64,000 nt of DNA from Podarcis vaucheri (lineage: Eukaryota): NCBI GenBank assembly GCA_965113315.1, contig OZ220367.1; one strand, 5' to 3'. Shown here piece by piece: positions 50,101 through 62,220 of the stretch (the first letter of the stretch is position 1; each line of letters starts with the position of its first letter). Under the pieces are notes generated by a model. The model worked only from the letters and a program-made list of their open reading frames with translations, did no database searches and was not told the origin of the DNA. The translations under genes were made by a program, and so were the position numbers.

Positions 50101-51385
50101 TAAGGGAGGGACCAACCAGGTTGTGCAACATGATACTCCAATTGGCAGTAACTAGGGGGTGTATTCAGGCAGGTGTTTCCTGCATAGCAGCTCATTGCTT
50201 GTAGCAAACTGCCAGAACAGATTAATCCCTTTTTTGAATGAAGAACATGCCAAATGAAGGCAAGCTAACCCTTTATATGCATAAAATGCCTTATCCATTA
50301 TAAAAACATGATTCAAATTCAACCCAAATAAGTAATGATAGGGCTCCTCCACAGAGAAAATGCGCTTCTCTGGAGATATTTCTGATAGTGCTCTTGTTGG
50401 AATAGGCTGATGTCCCTATTCAGCACCTATTGACATGGTACATTAAATTGTTTTAAAATCACAACAGCTAAGAAAAAAGTGCATTTTTTCATCAATCACT
50501 GTTGTACTACGTAGCTCTTGGATTTTAAAATGTCACAGTCTTGCGGTATATAAACAATCCTGCTACTGATCTTCAAGCCTAGCCATCGCAGAATGCAAAG
50601 GAAATTGTAATTCAAGCATGACATCTCACTTTGCAAATATCAAAATGTTTTCCTAAACTTAGTCTTCTGCAGCTTCTAACTATTACTTTGCTATTTTAAA
50701 AGAAAAGAGTTACTGCAGTGTAATCTTGCATAGGATTTATGTTTGCAACTATTATATTCTAATGTAAAATGACTACAATACAGGTCTTTAAACCCAGCAA
50801 GTACATTTTATCTTCAATCACATTAACCAGTGTCTGATGCACAAAATTAGGTTTGTGCCATTATAATTTTTCCCAGCTGTTAAAAAAATACCAGCAACTC
50901 TGTTTCAGCCTCTACTGAATTATGGGTTTCCTTTGTAATTTGTGTATTAAAGGGGGGAAATGTACAGTGCTATGTTTCTATATAATGATACTGCACTGGT
51001 CTAGGAATGCAATTCCGTGTTTAAACAGATATGTATCCTCTTGACAAATATTTTTATGTGCAAGTTTATTTTTAAGATTTCTGTTATCACTATTTTGCTT
51101 CCTCTGAGGTTTCCTGAACTTTGGTGCAGTTACTCTAATGCTGCTGTAGCCAACTGCTACTTGAGGAACTGAATAATAAAACCCCCCAACCAATCCATGA
51201 TTGGTGCTTAAATTGACCAGCGCCAATCGTCAAAACAATACTGAAACAGCATTATCTATAGTGGTGCAGGGATGGTGCTGACAAAGATGTTACATTTTCC
51301 ATCATTGTAAACATTATTCTTTTGTTTGTGGGCATCTATATAAACTTGTTTAAAATATACAAATAAATTTTATGAAATTTTATTT
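44139..51385 (+). other. MXI1: MXI1 3' UTR (maximal extent; real end uncertain)
   Basis: Follows the stop codon; AATAAA at 44598, 51175 and 51362; block 45780-46060 resembles the recalled human MXI1 3' UTR. Distal end inferred only from the 51362 signal and the U-rich sequence after it. Confidence 0.55.
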
Positions 51386-52014
51386 CTAGTAAGATTTGTT
51401 ACCCTTTTCTCTTCCCACATCGCTAATGAAAAAAATTAATACTAGTTCAGTTGTCAAACTGCTGCAACAGCATAGCTCCATCTACGTTGATTAGAGGCTT
51501 ACCTAGTCTACTGAAAATTGCAGCCCAGTTTTCCATACAAGTGCACAAATCTCCTGCAGTAGTTAAAAGAACAGTAGGCTCTGCTGCACTGGCCTCCAGC
51601 TTTACCTGCTTTGAAAAGAAGTGAAATGCTTTCCCATAGGAAAGTTAGCTATTCAGTCACAACAAACAACAGAATCAAGATATTAATCCTGGCAGTTTCT
51701 CATCTCAGGACACAGACATTCAGAATTTGAATGATCAGCTTCAAGGACAACTGAGAATCCTGCCTCAATATGCATGTCTTCCTAACAGGTAAACTGTCAT
51801 CAATGGCATAAGCCACAGTACTGCTAGATAAAAATTAAGATACTGCTATAGTCCGATTTGACCAAGGAACATCTCTTTAGAAGAAAAAAAACCTTAGTAG
51901 TCTGTGAACTTCACAAGTGTTATTTCAAAAGTGTTGTAACTCCTACAATTTTCACCATATTACGTAATTTCATACCAGATTTAATTTTTTTCACATTTTT
52001 AGATTCTTCGGAAC

Positions 52015-54095
52015 AAAGCCAAGAGGTTTTGAATTCTTTATTTTAATAAAAGTTAAACATACAAAACTGAAATCAACACAGTCATAAAAATTACCTCCTC
52101 CTTTTGTTAACAAGAAGAACCTCTCTCTATGGATGGATTCTAAGCTACTAGATATGGATTTTAGGCTCAAGTAAACTGTCAGACATTTACACTAATCAGT
52201 GCATCAACAAATGCTGATGGTTCCTGATCTTATTTAATTCAGAAAACAAATTACAAAAGGGAACTGCAACAACATAATATACATGGAGAATGGAGTTCAG
52301 ATTAATGAGCAAGAATTACTCTTGTACGAGAAATAACTAAATCCAGTCTTGTTCATTAACTTAACACCATATTTTACAAAAATAATTATCTACACTGTAT
52401 ACAGGGCTATACGTTAACTTTTTGTGTCAGACACATTTCAAGATTGAGAGATAGACTACAACCCTAAGCAATACGTATGGCAAAGGGAAGCAATTGCATC
52501 CACAAGATACAAATAGGCCTGGACTTTTACACATGGTTTCCCAAATAAAATCAAGGAGGGCCAGCAATACTAACGTAAGTTAAACCTTGTAAGAGTAACC
52601 TCCTGTTGCATTTAAAAAAGCTGGATAAGCACACACAAAAAATTCAGCACAATGCAGGTGACTTGCCATATTTACCAACATAAACGCACTGAGTAATTCT
52701 CAAGAGGAATAACTATTTCTATATGTAACATTTGACTCTTTGAACACTTAAAAGTGCTGATCAAACCTGCAAAGTGACTGAATACATCTTAGGAAGCCTA
52801 CAGGTAGGTTCTCAAGGCCTATAAATCAAAATGTTCTGCTCCTGACAATAAATATGCTTACCTGCTTGGCACTAGCAAGTGCTTTTTTTCCTGGTGAGAA
52901 CCTCCACCTCCTTGAGCTGGGAGAAGGATGGTGGAATTTTCAAGACTTTGGATAATACCCAACTAAGTTAAAGCAGACCCCCTGATTTCAGTGGGTTTGC
53001 TCCAAGTATGAGTTGAACATCACCCCTTGTGCTGAATTCAGAGATTCCCCTAGTTTTTCTCCATACTCAGAAGAGGGCAAGAGAAATCTACATCAATTTA
53101 TGATGAGCCTTGGGGAGAAGCAAGACGTCCTGCTGCTTTTGAAACAGTCCAAGATCTGGGAGTTCCTTCCACCACCCTCCCAACCTTGCAGATATTTTGC
53201 AAAGTGGGAAAACAGCAGTGTATCTTCCTGCTTTTCAAGGATTTTCTGAGACTCAGTGTGACAGAGACAAGCCCCTGGTTCTACCACTATCCAGCCTGGG
53301 CTAGGGGAAAATGACAGGGACATGCCCCTGAAGTCACACTAAGCTTTAGAGCATCTCTGAGACTTCATGTCAAAGTTCACTCCCTTCTCCTCAGTTGAGT
53401 CAATCATGAGCACAAATTTTGCCTACCAAGACCAGTCAAGCTTTGTGGAAACCCTGTTTTGCTCATGTAGATGGATTGTGTCAGCACTTCCAGCGCAATG
53501 CATTCAACCTGTAATCTTAAAATTTGAACTGCACTGTTTCTGGCTTATGAATCATTAACTGGAGATTAGATGGCCCAGATTCATTACAAGCCAAGGAAGC
53601 AGATGCAGATTGTGATCAACTAACAATTGACTTTCAAAATAGAATAAAATCCAGAGAAAGTCATCATAATTGTACTAGTTCTGCAGGAGTTACAGTGCTT
53701 AACAGCTATCCTGCAATAAGATGGCAGGCCTGTAAGCACATAAGAGGGAGCAAGGAAAGCTGGGATAACTATTTTATTTCACGACCATTTGTTTGATGGC
53801 ATTCCCAACTAATGCTATAGGGATGGACACTTGAGAAATCAGACACTTCAGGATACTGCAAAGGGCATTTCATCAACACAGTCTGACGTGTGCACATTTA
53901 TGCAATTTACATCTTTAAGAGCAAAGGGGTCATCTGAACAGCTATTACCTTGCTTAAGGCTTGTACCAGCATAAGCCAACTGATGTCAACAACCATTTTC
54001 ACTATGCGCCAATAGTTTACTTTTAGAAAAATAGAACAATAAAAAGGTAAATGTAAAGCCCTGCAGAAGTGATGTTAAGTCATTTTCTCCCTCAA
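52015..54095 (-). other. SMNDC1: SMNDC1 3' UTR (approximate)
   Basis: Follows TAA; minus-strand AATAAA at 53778-53773 and 52042-52037, the latter preceded by a UGUA-containing U-rich stretch. Confidence 0.6.
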
Positions 54096-54233
54096 TTACT
54101 GGGGCATCAAATGTCTGACATTGTACTTGGATGTATCTTGGTACTGTGTCATGGGTTTGTCTGCAATTCCACACGTTCCAACTCCAACCTTCCCTGTTAC
54201 GCTCTCAGGAGAAGCAAAGATGCTTCGCTTTAC
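54096..54233 (-). CDS. SMNDC1: SMNDC1 exon 6 coding part: VKRSIFASPESVTGKVGVGTCGIADKPMTQYQDTSKYNVRHLMPQ*
   Basis: ttccacag acceptor; TAA at 54098-54096; exon lengths sum 120+143+162+154+138 = 717 nt = 238 aa plus stop. Confidence 0.97.
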   Translation of the reverse strand, partial: VKRSIFASPESVTGKVGVGTCGIADKPMTQYQDTSKYNVRHLMPQ

Positions 54234-55286
54234 CTGTGGAACAAATTAAAAGCACCAATTGTAACATTTTCAAATTTCAACAAGTCAGCAAAGGAGTGCT
54301 AATATCAAATGTTCACATGCATCATTCAAAAAGCAAAATACAACTACATTTTATTGATCATTAAACAGGAACCTTTAACAAAAAAGCTGTAATTGGAAAT
54401 GAAGCACTTCTGCTCTGGTCATGGCACTCAGCAAGTCCTATTTTCTCCCAGTGAACCACTACAGTTCTATAAGGGTCCTTTCAATGCACAAAGAAGGGCT
54501 AAAGGAAAACAAAACCTTTTTTGCCCCTATAGCTATAAACTTCATAAAGTGTCACCAGCCTCAGTTGCCTGAAGTGTCTTCTGCATGCTCTGTTAAGGGT
54601 ATCTTTACAATGTGGTGCTTATTAATGTTTTTCCTTTGCCGCCACCACCACTCAAAATAATTTAGCATGCAAACAGCACACACTAAAAACCTAACTCACA
54701 TATCAATGGGTCAAACAGAGTGTGAGTTATATTTGGCAATACCAAACTCGAGAATATGAAACATACAGAGCTTTGTACCACGTACATTATGGCAGCCTGA
54801 AAGCATCATAGTGCAAGCAACTATGCCACAAGCTTTATAGGCATGAACTTTTAACTTTACAGGTGCTACTATTGGAACGGTTGTTATCAGAAATCTGTTG
54901 TTCAAACACAAAGAATTATACTCAAACTTTGCTACAGAAATGGCTGATTCAGATATCCAAACAGCTGGAGTTTGCTCATGTCCTTACTTGTTTGTGCTTT
55001 GCTGGTCACCAGCACCCATTTTGGGCAAAAACCATAGAAGGGAGAGTCATCAGACAAATCAGATATCCCTTTGTCTGGCTTTTGCTTATTGGCTGCAACA
55101 GTCTCAGGCAGAAAGCATGGATTAGAAATGTTCCCATAGGAAATAATGGAAATTGCAAATGCTTGCCTAGCGAACAATTTCCTGGAAATGCATTGTGCTT
55201 GGAAACTGGGACCTGCATGCATATCCATTAGTTTATCCCACCCTATCTGCAGGGACTCAAACTAAGTGTAGTGATATTTAACAATA

Positions 55287-55511
55287 CAGTGGTACCTTGG
55301 TTACAAACACCTCGGGTTTCAGACTCCGCTAACCCGGAAGTAGTACCTCGGGTTAAGAACTTTACCTCAACATGAGAACAGAAATCACACGCTGGCGGCA
55401 CAGCAGCAGCGGAAGGCCCTATTAGCTAAAGTGGTACCTCAGGTTAAGAACGGTTTCAGGTTATGAATGGACCTCTGGAATGAATTAAGTTCGTAACCAG
55501 AGGTACCACTG
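55287..55511. mobile_element. Tigger-like MITE in SMNDC1 intron 5
   Basis: TA|CAGTGGTACCTTGGTTAC ... GTAACCAGAGGTACCACTG|TA. Confidence 0.9.
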
Positions 55512-55691
55512 TACGTTAAGAATATTATAAAGAGATCTCTCCCATTGTATATTCCAGAAACAAACAGCTTTGCCTATAATATTATTTTGTCTTTGTTTGG
55601 GGGATTACTCCTGTGCTGCCATACATTTAACACTGCTCCTCTTCAGCAAGAAACCTCTATGAGTAAGCTACTAATGCAAGCATATACAAAC

Positions 55692-55845
55692 CTGGCCTTT
55701 TTTGTTTTTTGAATAAGCTCTGTTGTTGAACTGCTGCCATTTGACTTTCTGGTCCTCTCGCTCTTGTTCCAGTTCTTTGATTCGCTGGGCCTTTTTCAAA
55801 GCTTTCTTCTTTTTATATTCTCGTTGCTGAGCAATCATTTCTTTT
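55692..55845 (-). CDS. SMNDC1: SMNDC1 exon 5: KEMIAQQREYKKKKALKKAQRIKELEQEREDQKVKWQQFNNRAYSKNKKGQ
   Basis: ctcattttag acceptor, 154 nt, CAG|gtttgt donor; basic helical/NLS segment. Confidence 0.97.
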
Positions 55846-57146
55846 CTAAAATGAGAAATGGCACTGAAGGTTACTTATGTACCTCAGTTTCCTCTTCAGA
55901 AAGTCTAAGGGCAGTAATGTGTCATGGCAAGGTGGTTGCTATACAATCAGGGCAAATTTTCACAAAACATCAAATATGAAGAGATTAAGCCGAGGTGGTT
56001 AATTCTGAGTTATCCATACTGCCTTACATCCACATCTTTACCCACCAGAACTGCCTTCTTTTTACAACACTGGCAGTTCAGCCACAGTATATGGCAATGG
56101 TTTTGTATGGGCATTACATCTACATTGCAACCAACTGGAAGCCCCACATCACCTTTGCTTTAACTTCACTTTTGTTCTCAGAACATGTAGATAAAAGCAA
56201 GGATACACTGATTAAGAGAGTCTCACCTTGGGCTAGGTGAATGTAAAGATAAACTCTCAGTACAATGGGGCTTCAGCTGTCCAGGCCCATTTCATTCTCC
56301 AGCTGTAGAAAGTGCTGTCATTCCTTCTGTAAAGCAATCTGTGCATTGCAAGTTTCAATAAAGCACAGCAATCCTACTTTCATGCACTACTACGAATAAC
56401 AGCTCTCTTTCAGAAATCAGTTGAAACTAGCTAATGTCTTGCTAAACACAGAGCAACTCTAGCTCAGAATTTGTCCCAGGGGAAATATACTACTACACAG
56501 GCATGGAGCAATCATTTTGGAGTTCATGAGACTAGCCAACTCAGCATGATAAGCATTAAAGTTAGTAGCACAAACCATTACACCTTCATCATAATCTCAA
56601 ACCACTATGTATATGTTCACAGTAGGGATTGAGGATAATGTAAGAACTGCATTTTTAAGAACTGACCTAATTCACTCCATATATTTCAATCCATATTTAA
56701 AGATTCTTTTTCATTTGGATTTTTTTAAAAAATCACAGATTAATGTGAAATTGGAAGGGACCTATGAACAAGCACAAACAGAACAGAAACTGACACATCT
56801 GACCATCCCTAGTTCTTAGTTCAGTCCTAAGATGCCAAAGACTGTTTGGGGCTTTACAAGTTTCCCTAGGTTGGACCTCTGAAATTGGGGCAGCGAAGCC
56901 CATATCCTAAGGCATTATTTAATTTGGGGGGGGGGAGAATAGACAATGTGCATTACCTCTTTCCCAAATCTAGGGTAACTACGCAGAGTATGGTTCAATA
57001 ATATCTAAGGATAGTGTTGACTTCTATGACTTTTTTGCTGTAAAATCACCTTTGGGAAGAGATGATTCATCAGCAAAGTAGCCTTACAGCTCTTCTTATT
57101 GCTATATGACACACTGAGCCAACTGAAAACTGTTTCAGCCACTTAC

Positions 57147-57308
57147 TTGGACATGGGTTTGTTGCCACTGTCTTCCTTTGCTTTCCTTCCCTCTTCCACA
57201 GGTTTCAGATTGAGCAGGGGTGTGACTTCAGCATTGCCATATCCCGAAAAGGTGACTGCAGCTGTGCCATTCTCTTCATCTATCTCTTCAATTTCAGCTT
57301 CATAACAC
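57147..57308 (-). CDS. SMNDC1: SMNDC1 exon 4: CYEAEIEEIDEENGTAAVTFSGYGNAEVTPLLNLKPVEEGRKAKEDSGNKPMS(K), rest of Tudor domain
   Basis: ctttacag acceptor, 162 nt, AA|gtaagt donor; SMN-type Tudor aromatic cage residues present. Confidence 0.97.
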
Positions 57309-59063
57309 CTGTAAAGATATCATGGCTGTAAGCATGTGAGTAATGGTTTACAACTCAACCCTACAAAACTTGTATTTGCAGTGATTAATATTAATATTAA
57401 GTTTCAGGACATTCCTGCTTCATTTTGGATTGACATTTCAAGTCAAAACTCTTAAAACATAAATTCTGTTCAAGAATTGTCAGGTGCCTGGCACACAAAA
57501 TAGTTACAATCCTAAAGTCCAAGAGCTGGTTAGTCAACTGATTTGAAATAAACTTCAGTTTTGAACCTTTTGTTACCACATATATATTTTCACCTTCACA
57601 CATTTAACCTGACCTTTGTTTGATTTTGTGAGAACTAATTTGTTTAATAGAATCTGGAGGATTCATGTTTGGCTGTTTTATAATTTGTACTAATTTTCAC
57701 CACCACAAGAGGCATTCAGCCACAATACCCATGTATTTCGAAGTTCTATGGGACTTACATCTTAGGAGATATGTATGCATAGGATTACAATGTGAGATTG
57801 TAATTTGACAGAGGTTTCACTGCCCTCATATAATCTCCCTCTCTGAAAGCAAGCAGTGAATTACTAACGTAAGAAGATGGATTAAGAAAAGCATTAAGCA
57901 ATGTAGGGTTTGTGACAGTAACTTAAAAGAAGATAGATAATCAAGGTAATTATCTATTTTTCTCAATCACATCACCTGATACTCAAAAGCAGTACATCCT
58001 GAAGTAAACTAAGTGGAATGTCTGGGCCCAGGCATCTCAGGGGCCTAAATGGAGAAGCGGAAGGCCATGGCAAGAAAGAGACCCCAACCTTGCAGAAAAA
58101 GAACTGCTGGTTGTCTTCTTCCCATAAGGTATTAAAAAATACCTCTACCAGAAGGCAGGTCAAAGGCAACAGGACTAGGAGAAAATGTGTTGGTTCACAC
58201 CATCACTTTCTGCTGTCAGCAAATCATACCAAACAGAATGACTCTGAGGGGTTTACTGCTGCATCCCACTTCAGCAAAGACCAAGGAGAATTGAATTTCT
58301 TCTGGTGGAGGACCATCACTGATTCACTTTGGAAATGTGCAAAAGGATACACCCTAGTGGTACATCACTATTTGTGAAGGGAGCTCTAAATGTCTTTATT
58401 CAACCCTCTTAAAATATTTGCCTGTGGATAGTTTTGGGAAGGATGTTAAATGCCCTGCTTTATATTCCCTTACCACCATGTCTGGATGGGTGCAACAACC
58501 ACAGATCCTCCCAAAAGCAGCAGCCTTCTACATGTACACAATTGTGAGCAAGGACCTCTGCTTTCTCTAAGCCCATTCCTGCCCCACTTCAAAGAATAAA
58601 TTTACAGTACAGAAAAGGGGGAGGAAGCAGTGGAAAAGTTTGCTGCCCTATACTTCTTTCCCTACTGCCGCCTCAATGGTTCCCAAGTATCTTAATACAA
58701 TCTCAACAGAGTTCCAAGTTTTGAAATAAATGACATTCCAATTAACATTTTCAGATTAGGGATGAAATGTATACACAACAGATTTCAGTTACTGCACAAC
58801 AGATTTTTCGAAGGTGGCAAATTTTAAAAGATATTAGAAGCCATATTATAGTGTACAACGTTCTAGTCAAATTAAACAATTAAAACAATGGACCTGGCTC
58901 TAAAGTTTAATATATTTTGTATTTGAAAAATACAAGATCCAATCAATGATTTTTACTGAACTGGTGCTCAGCCAAAGAGGAGAGTATAAACCAAAGGGAA
59001 GTATCTTACCATGGAACTGTATTATTTCATGTAACTGTTACAGAAGTTTGTTTCTACACTTAC

Positions 59064-59206
59064 TGTCCATCTTCACTCCATATTGCCATACATCTGTCTC
59101 CAACCTTCCATGTGTGACTTGGAGGAGCAGAAGCAGAACTGTCAGAACTTGCAAGTGTTTCTGAAGGTTGTGTTGAAAGAAGGTCTTTGGTTAATTCTAT
59201 AACTTC
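59064..59206 (-). CDS. SMNDC1: SMNDC1 exon 3: EVIELTKDLLSTQPSETLASSDSSASAPPSHTWKVGDRCMAIWSEDG(Q), start of Tudor domain
   Basis: ttccatccccag acceptor, 143 nt, CA|gtaagt donor; manual translation of the minus strand. Confidence 0.97.
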
Positions 59207-60147
59207 CTGGGGATGGAAAAGAACAAGTCGTCAAACACAGTTTAAGTAGACTCACCCCTGCCTATGCATGAAGACTATTTACCAACTGCGGTATTGCTGG
59301 CAAATGGTAGCAGACTGAACAACACATGAAATTTGTCCGCATAATTTACTAAAGGTTTTTCTATAAGCTTTGGGAATCTGGTTTCTTAGCAAGTATCAAA
59401 TACTACTCCCATAGCTCATCCCAATTTTAATATTGGGGGAGGGCAGCAAGGAAATTTCTCGTTTGCATTACAAATGAGTATTATATTTAATGGAAGAGTA
59501 AAAAGTAGACTGCAGAAAATGATACACAACTACAGAATGGAGTTTTCTGCTCTCCTTCCAGTGATAAAGCAAGTATTACTGAGACTTTAAAAAAAGAAAA
59601 TTATTGTGCAATGAATGCACTGGCTAGTGGAAGAAATAGGTTTTTCAGCAAGTTTTCTTGCTTGAATACTGAAAAACTGTACTTATGTGAGAATAGCCCA
59701 CTATACACAAACCAGATACAAAGAATGAACGCATACAGAAAATACTTTTGTTTATAAAATACATATGAGCAAGGACTCAGTAGTTTCCTGCATATGTTTT
59801 TTGCTATTTAGAGATTATAAAGAAAACTATTAATAGGCTATAGCTACAGGTAATAAATTACATGTATTTTAGATTTTTAAATCTACTGGATTGTATCCAA
59901 TACTGTTGTCCCACTTGTGCAACAGAACTTCTCTTTCCTTTCCTCTCCCTTGTACCCACTCAAAATCTGTTCCAGAAGGTTGGGATAGCCTCTGAAGCAG
60001 ATTTTTGGGGTATCCAGGGAAAGGAGAGGAAGGTAAAACACATAACACATTGTTGTCAAACTAATTTCCCTCATCTACTTTTTCCTTCCTTCCTTCCTTC
60101 CGCTTCCCTTCCCCTCCTCTTTTTCTCTTGTCCCTTTAATTTGTAAC

Positions 60148-60246
60148 CATGGGGCGGGGCCTCTGCATCATTTCATTTAGGCAGTGAGCCTGCCACCATC
60201 ATTGAACTTTTGATTGAGATGAGCTTCTCTGAGAGACAGTATCTGC
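60148..60246 (-). other. SMNDC1: Candidate SMNDC1 poison (PTC) cassette exon in intron 2; 3' boundary uncertain
   Basis: Long pyrimidine tract ttctatttttattccacctttcag|GCAGAT; in exon-2 frame reads ADTVSQRSSSQSKVQ then TGA (60201-60199); weak donor ATG|gttaca at 60148/60147. Confidence 0.6.
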
Positions 60247-61057
60247 CTGAAAGGTGGAATAAAAATAGAACAAATTTTAACAAGAAAAGGAATAATTTAA
60301 TACATATGCACCTTTCATATCTGATGCGATTAAGACTTGTCTTTTGTCCTCAGATATTGGCAGCTGAACAATAAGCTTGTAAAAGGCTGCTCTTACATGT
60401 AGAAATGGCAAAGAAAACATGAATGAACAAACAGACCATATGACAAATTCATTTGCAAAATACAGTCTAAGAGCTAGAACCACTGATGACTGTTTAGTGC
60501 TTGCAAGGCACACCTGAGTCATATACTAAAGATAACAGCACACGTAATAGTGCATTATCTAGTATTCTAAATTTGTTTCCTAAAAGACCCTAGTTTACAG
60601 TGATTTTCAAAAAGCAAAACTCAAATGAACACACAGATAAACATTTACTCCAGGACAGTGCTTTTCAATTTGTGGTAATCATTCCACCTGGCTTAATGTA
60701 AAAGATTACAAGTTTTTTAAAAAAGCATTTAGAGATCAGTGTTAAAGTATCAGTATTAAAAGACTGCATACAGCACTGAGCAAAATATAAAAGTACGAAG
60801 TTCTATTGATTAACCAGCTACATTAACCCATTAAAACTTTTTAGCAACTAAAAAGGTGCCCCAATTGACTGAGCAGAAGGTTCTTAAATATACATATTTT
60901 CGGCACACAAGCACTCATAAAAATTGTGGGTGGCAAACACCATCTTTAAAAAAGCATTTTTTCTCATGCACAAGCAAATGCCTTTTCTGAGATAATAACT
61001 CTTACAATTCACATGTGGATCGTCTGAAAACAAAATGGCTTATTTGTTCATTTATTT

Positions 61058-61366
61058 CAGGGGTCAGCAAACTTTTTCAGCAGACCCCTCAAACCTTGTG
61101 GGGGGGCCAGACTATTTTTTTTTTCGGGGGGGAGAACGAATTCCTATGCCTCACAAATAACCCAGAAAGGCATTTTAAATAAAAGCACACATTCTACTCA
61201 TGTAAAAACACCAGGCAGGCCCCACAAATAACCCAGAGATGCATTTTAAATAAAAGGACACCTTCTACTCATGTAAAAACACGCTGATTCCCGGACAGTC
61301 TGAGGGCCAGATTTAGAAGGCGATTGGACCGGATCTGGCCCCCGGGCCTTAGTTTGCCTACCCATG
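61058..61366. mobile_element. Non-autonomous hAT element in SMNDC1 intron 2
   Basis: CAGGGGTCAGCAAACT ... AGTTTGCCTACCCATG; TSD atttattt/atttatct; internal direct repeat of about 60 bp (61152-61211 and 61223-61282). Confidence 0.85.
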
Positions 61367-61673
61367 ATTTATCTGACTTATATGGCCCCCTTCATCAAAA
61401 GATCTCAGGGCGGTTGATTGCTTCTGAACTCTCATTTTTACTCAGGTGCATATTTTATGTCAATTTAATTGCCAAAAATTCATACAATTGAGATGCCTTT
61501 AATCACTTTAATGAGGTGACAGCCCTAGTTCTTTGTGAAAGATTTTAAACCCCAACATTTAGCACATCTCGTTAATATCACCATAGTAAATTCTTTGCCA
61601 CTGACAGTGTAGAAGATCCTCTTCACTATACGTGTAAAAACATTTAAGTTACAAAGCTATTTCTTATTCTCAC

Positions 61674-61793
61674 CTGTAAGTCTTTTTTGAGCTTTAGTAA
61701 ATCTTCATTTTCTCCATTTCCCGTCAAAGCAGCTTCAACTTGTTGGAGTTGAGCTTTATAGCTAGCTAACTGTTTTGCAAGGTCTTCTGACAT
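61674..61793 (-). CDS. SMNDC1: SMNDC1 exon 2 (first coding): MSEDLAKQLASYKAQLQQVEAALTGNGENEDLLKLKKDLQ
   Basis: ttttcccttttccag|ATG; 120 nt; CAG|gtgaga donor; matches SPF30 N-terminus. Confidence 0.97.
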
Positions 61794-61899
61794 CTGGAAA
61801 GGGAAAAAAGGCATTACAAAATACTGTAATGACGAAATACAGTGGAACAATATTTAGAAACCACTTCTTTCCTTCATGTTGTGTCTCTTGTTCATACTG

Positions 61900-62220
61900 T
61901 CATGTGCACACGATTTGCCCAGAATCCAAATCAGAGCTGCCTTTAGGGAGGAGAGTGGTTCCTCATGAACCAGAAACATGACTCATGTCAATAAGGAGTT
62001 GTGCCTTCAGTGTTGTGGACCCAATTCCATGGAATGCCTCCGCTACACCAGAAGGCACCAACCCTACTGAATTTCAGGTGCCTGGTGCAACCTGTTTTAT
62101 TGCAGGAGACCTTTGCACCTTGAATCCTTCTTAGATGTTTACATTTTTTATTTATCTGTTGCTGTACACCACCCTAATGGTCCTGTTACTTAAGGGTAGC
62201 TTACAAATATATTAAACATT
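61900..62220 (+). mobile_element. Decayed L2-like LINE 3' fragment in SMNDC1 intron 1
   Basis: gccttcagtgttgtggaccc...tggaatgcctcc motif and AT-rich tail; approximate. Confidence 0.5.

Noticed and set aside
60484-60518. C/D box snoRNA (TGATGA ... CTGA)
   Set aside because: Boxes only about 25 nt apart and on the strand opposite to the host transcript.
61152-61282. Direct repeats resembling a CRISPR-like or regulatory array
   Set aside because: Only two units, internal to a hAT element in a eukaryotic genome.
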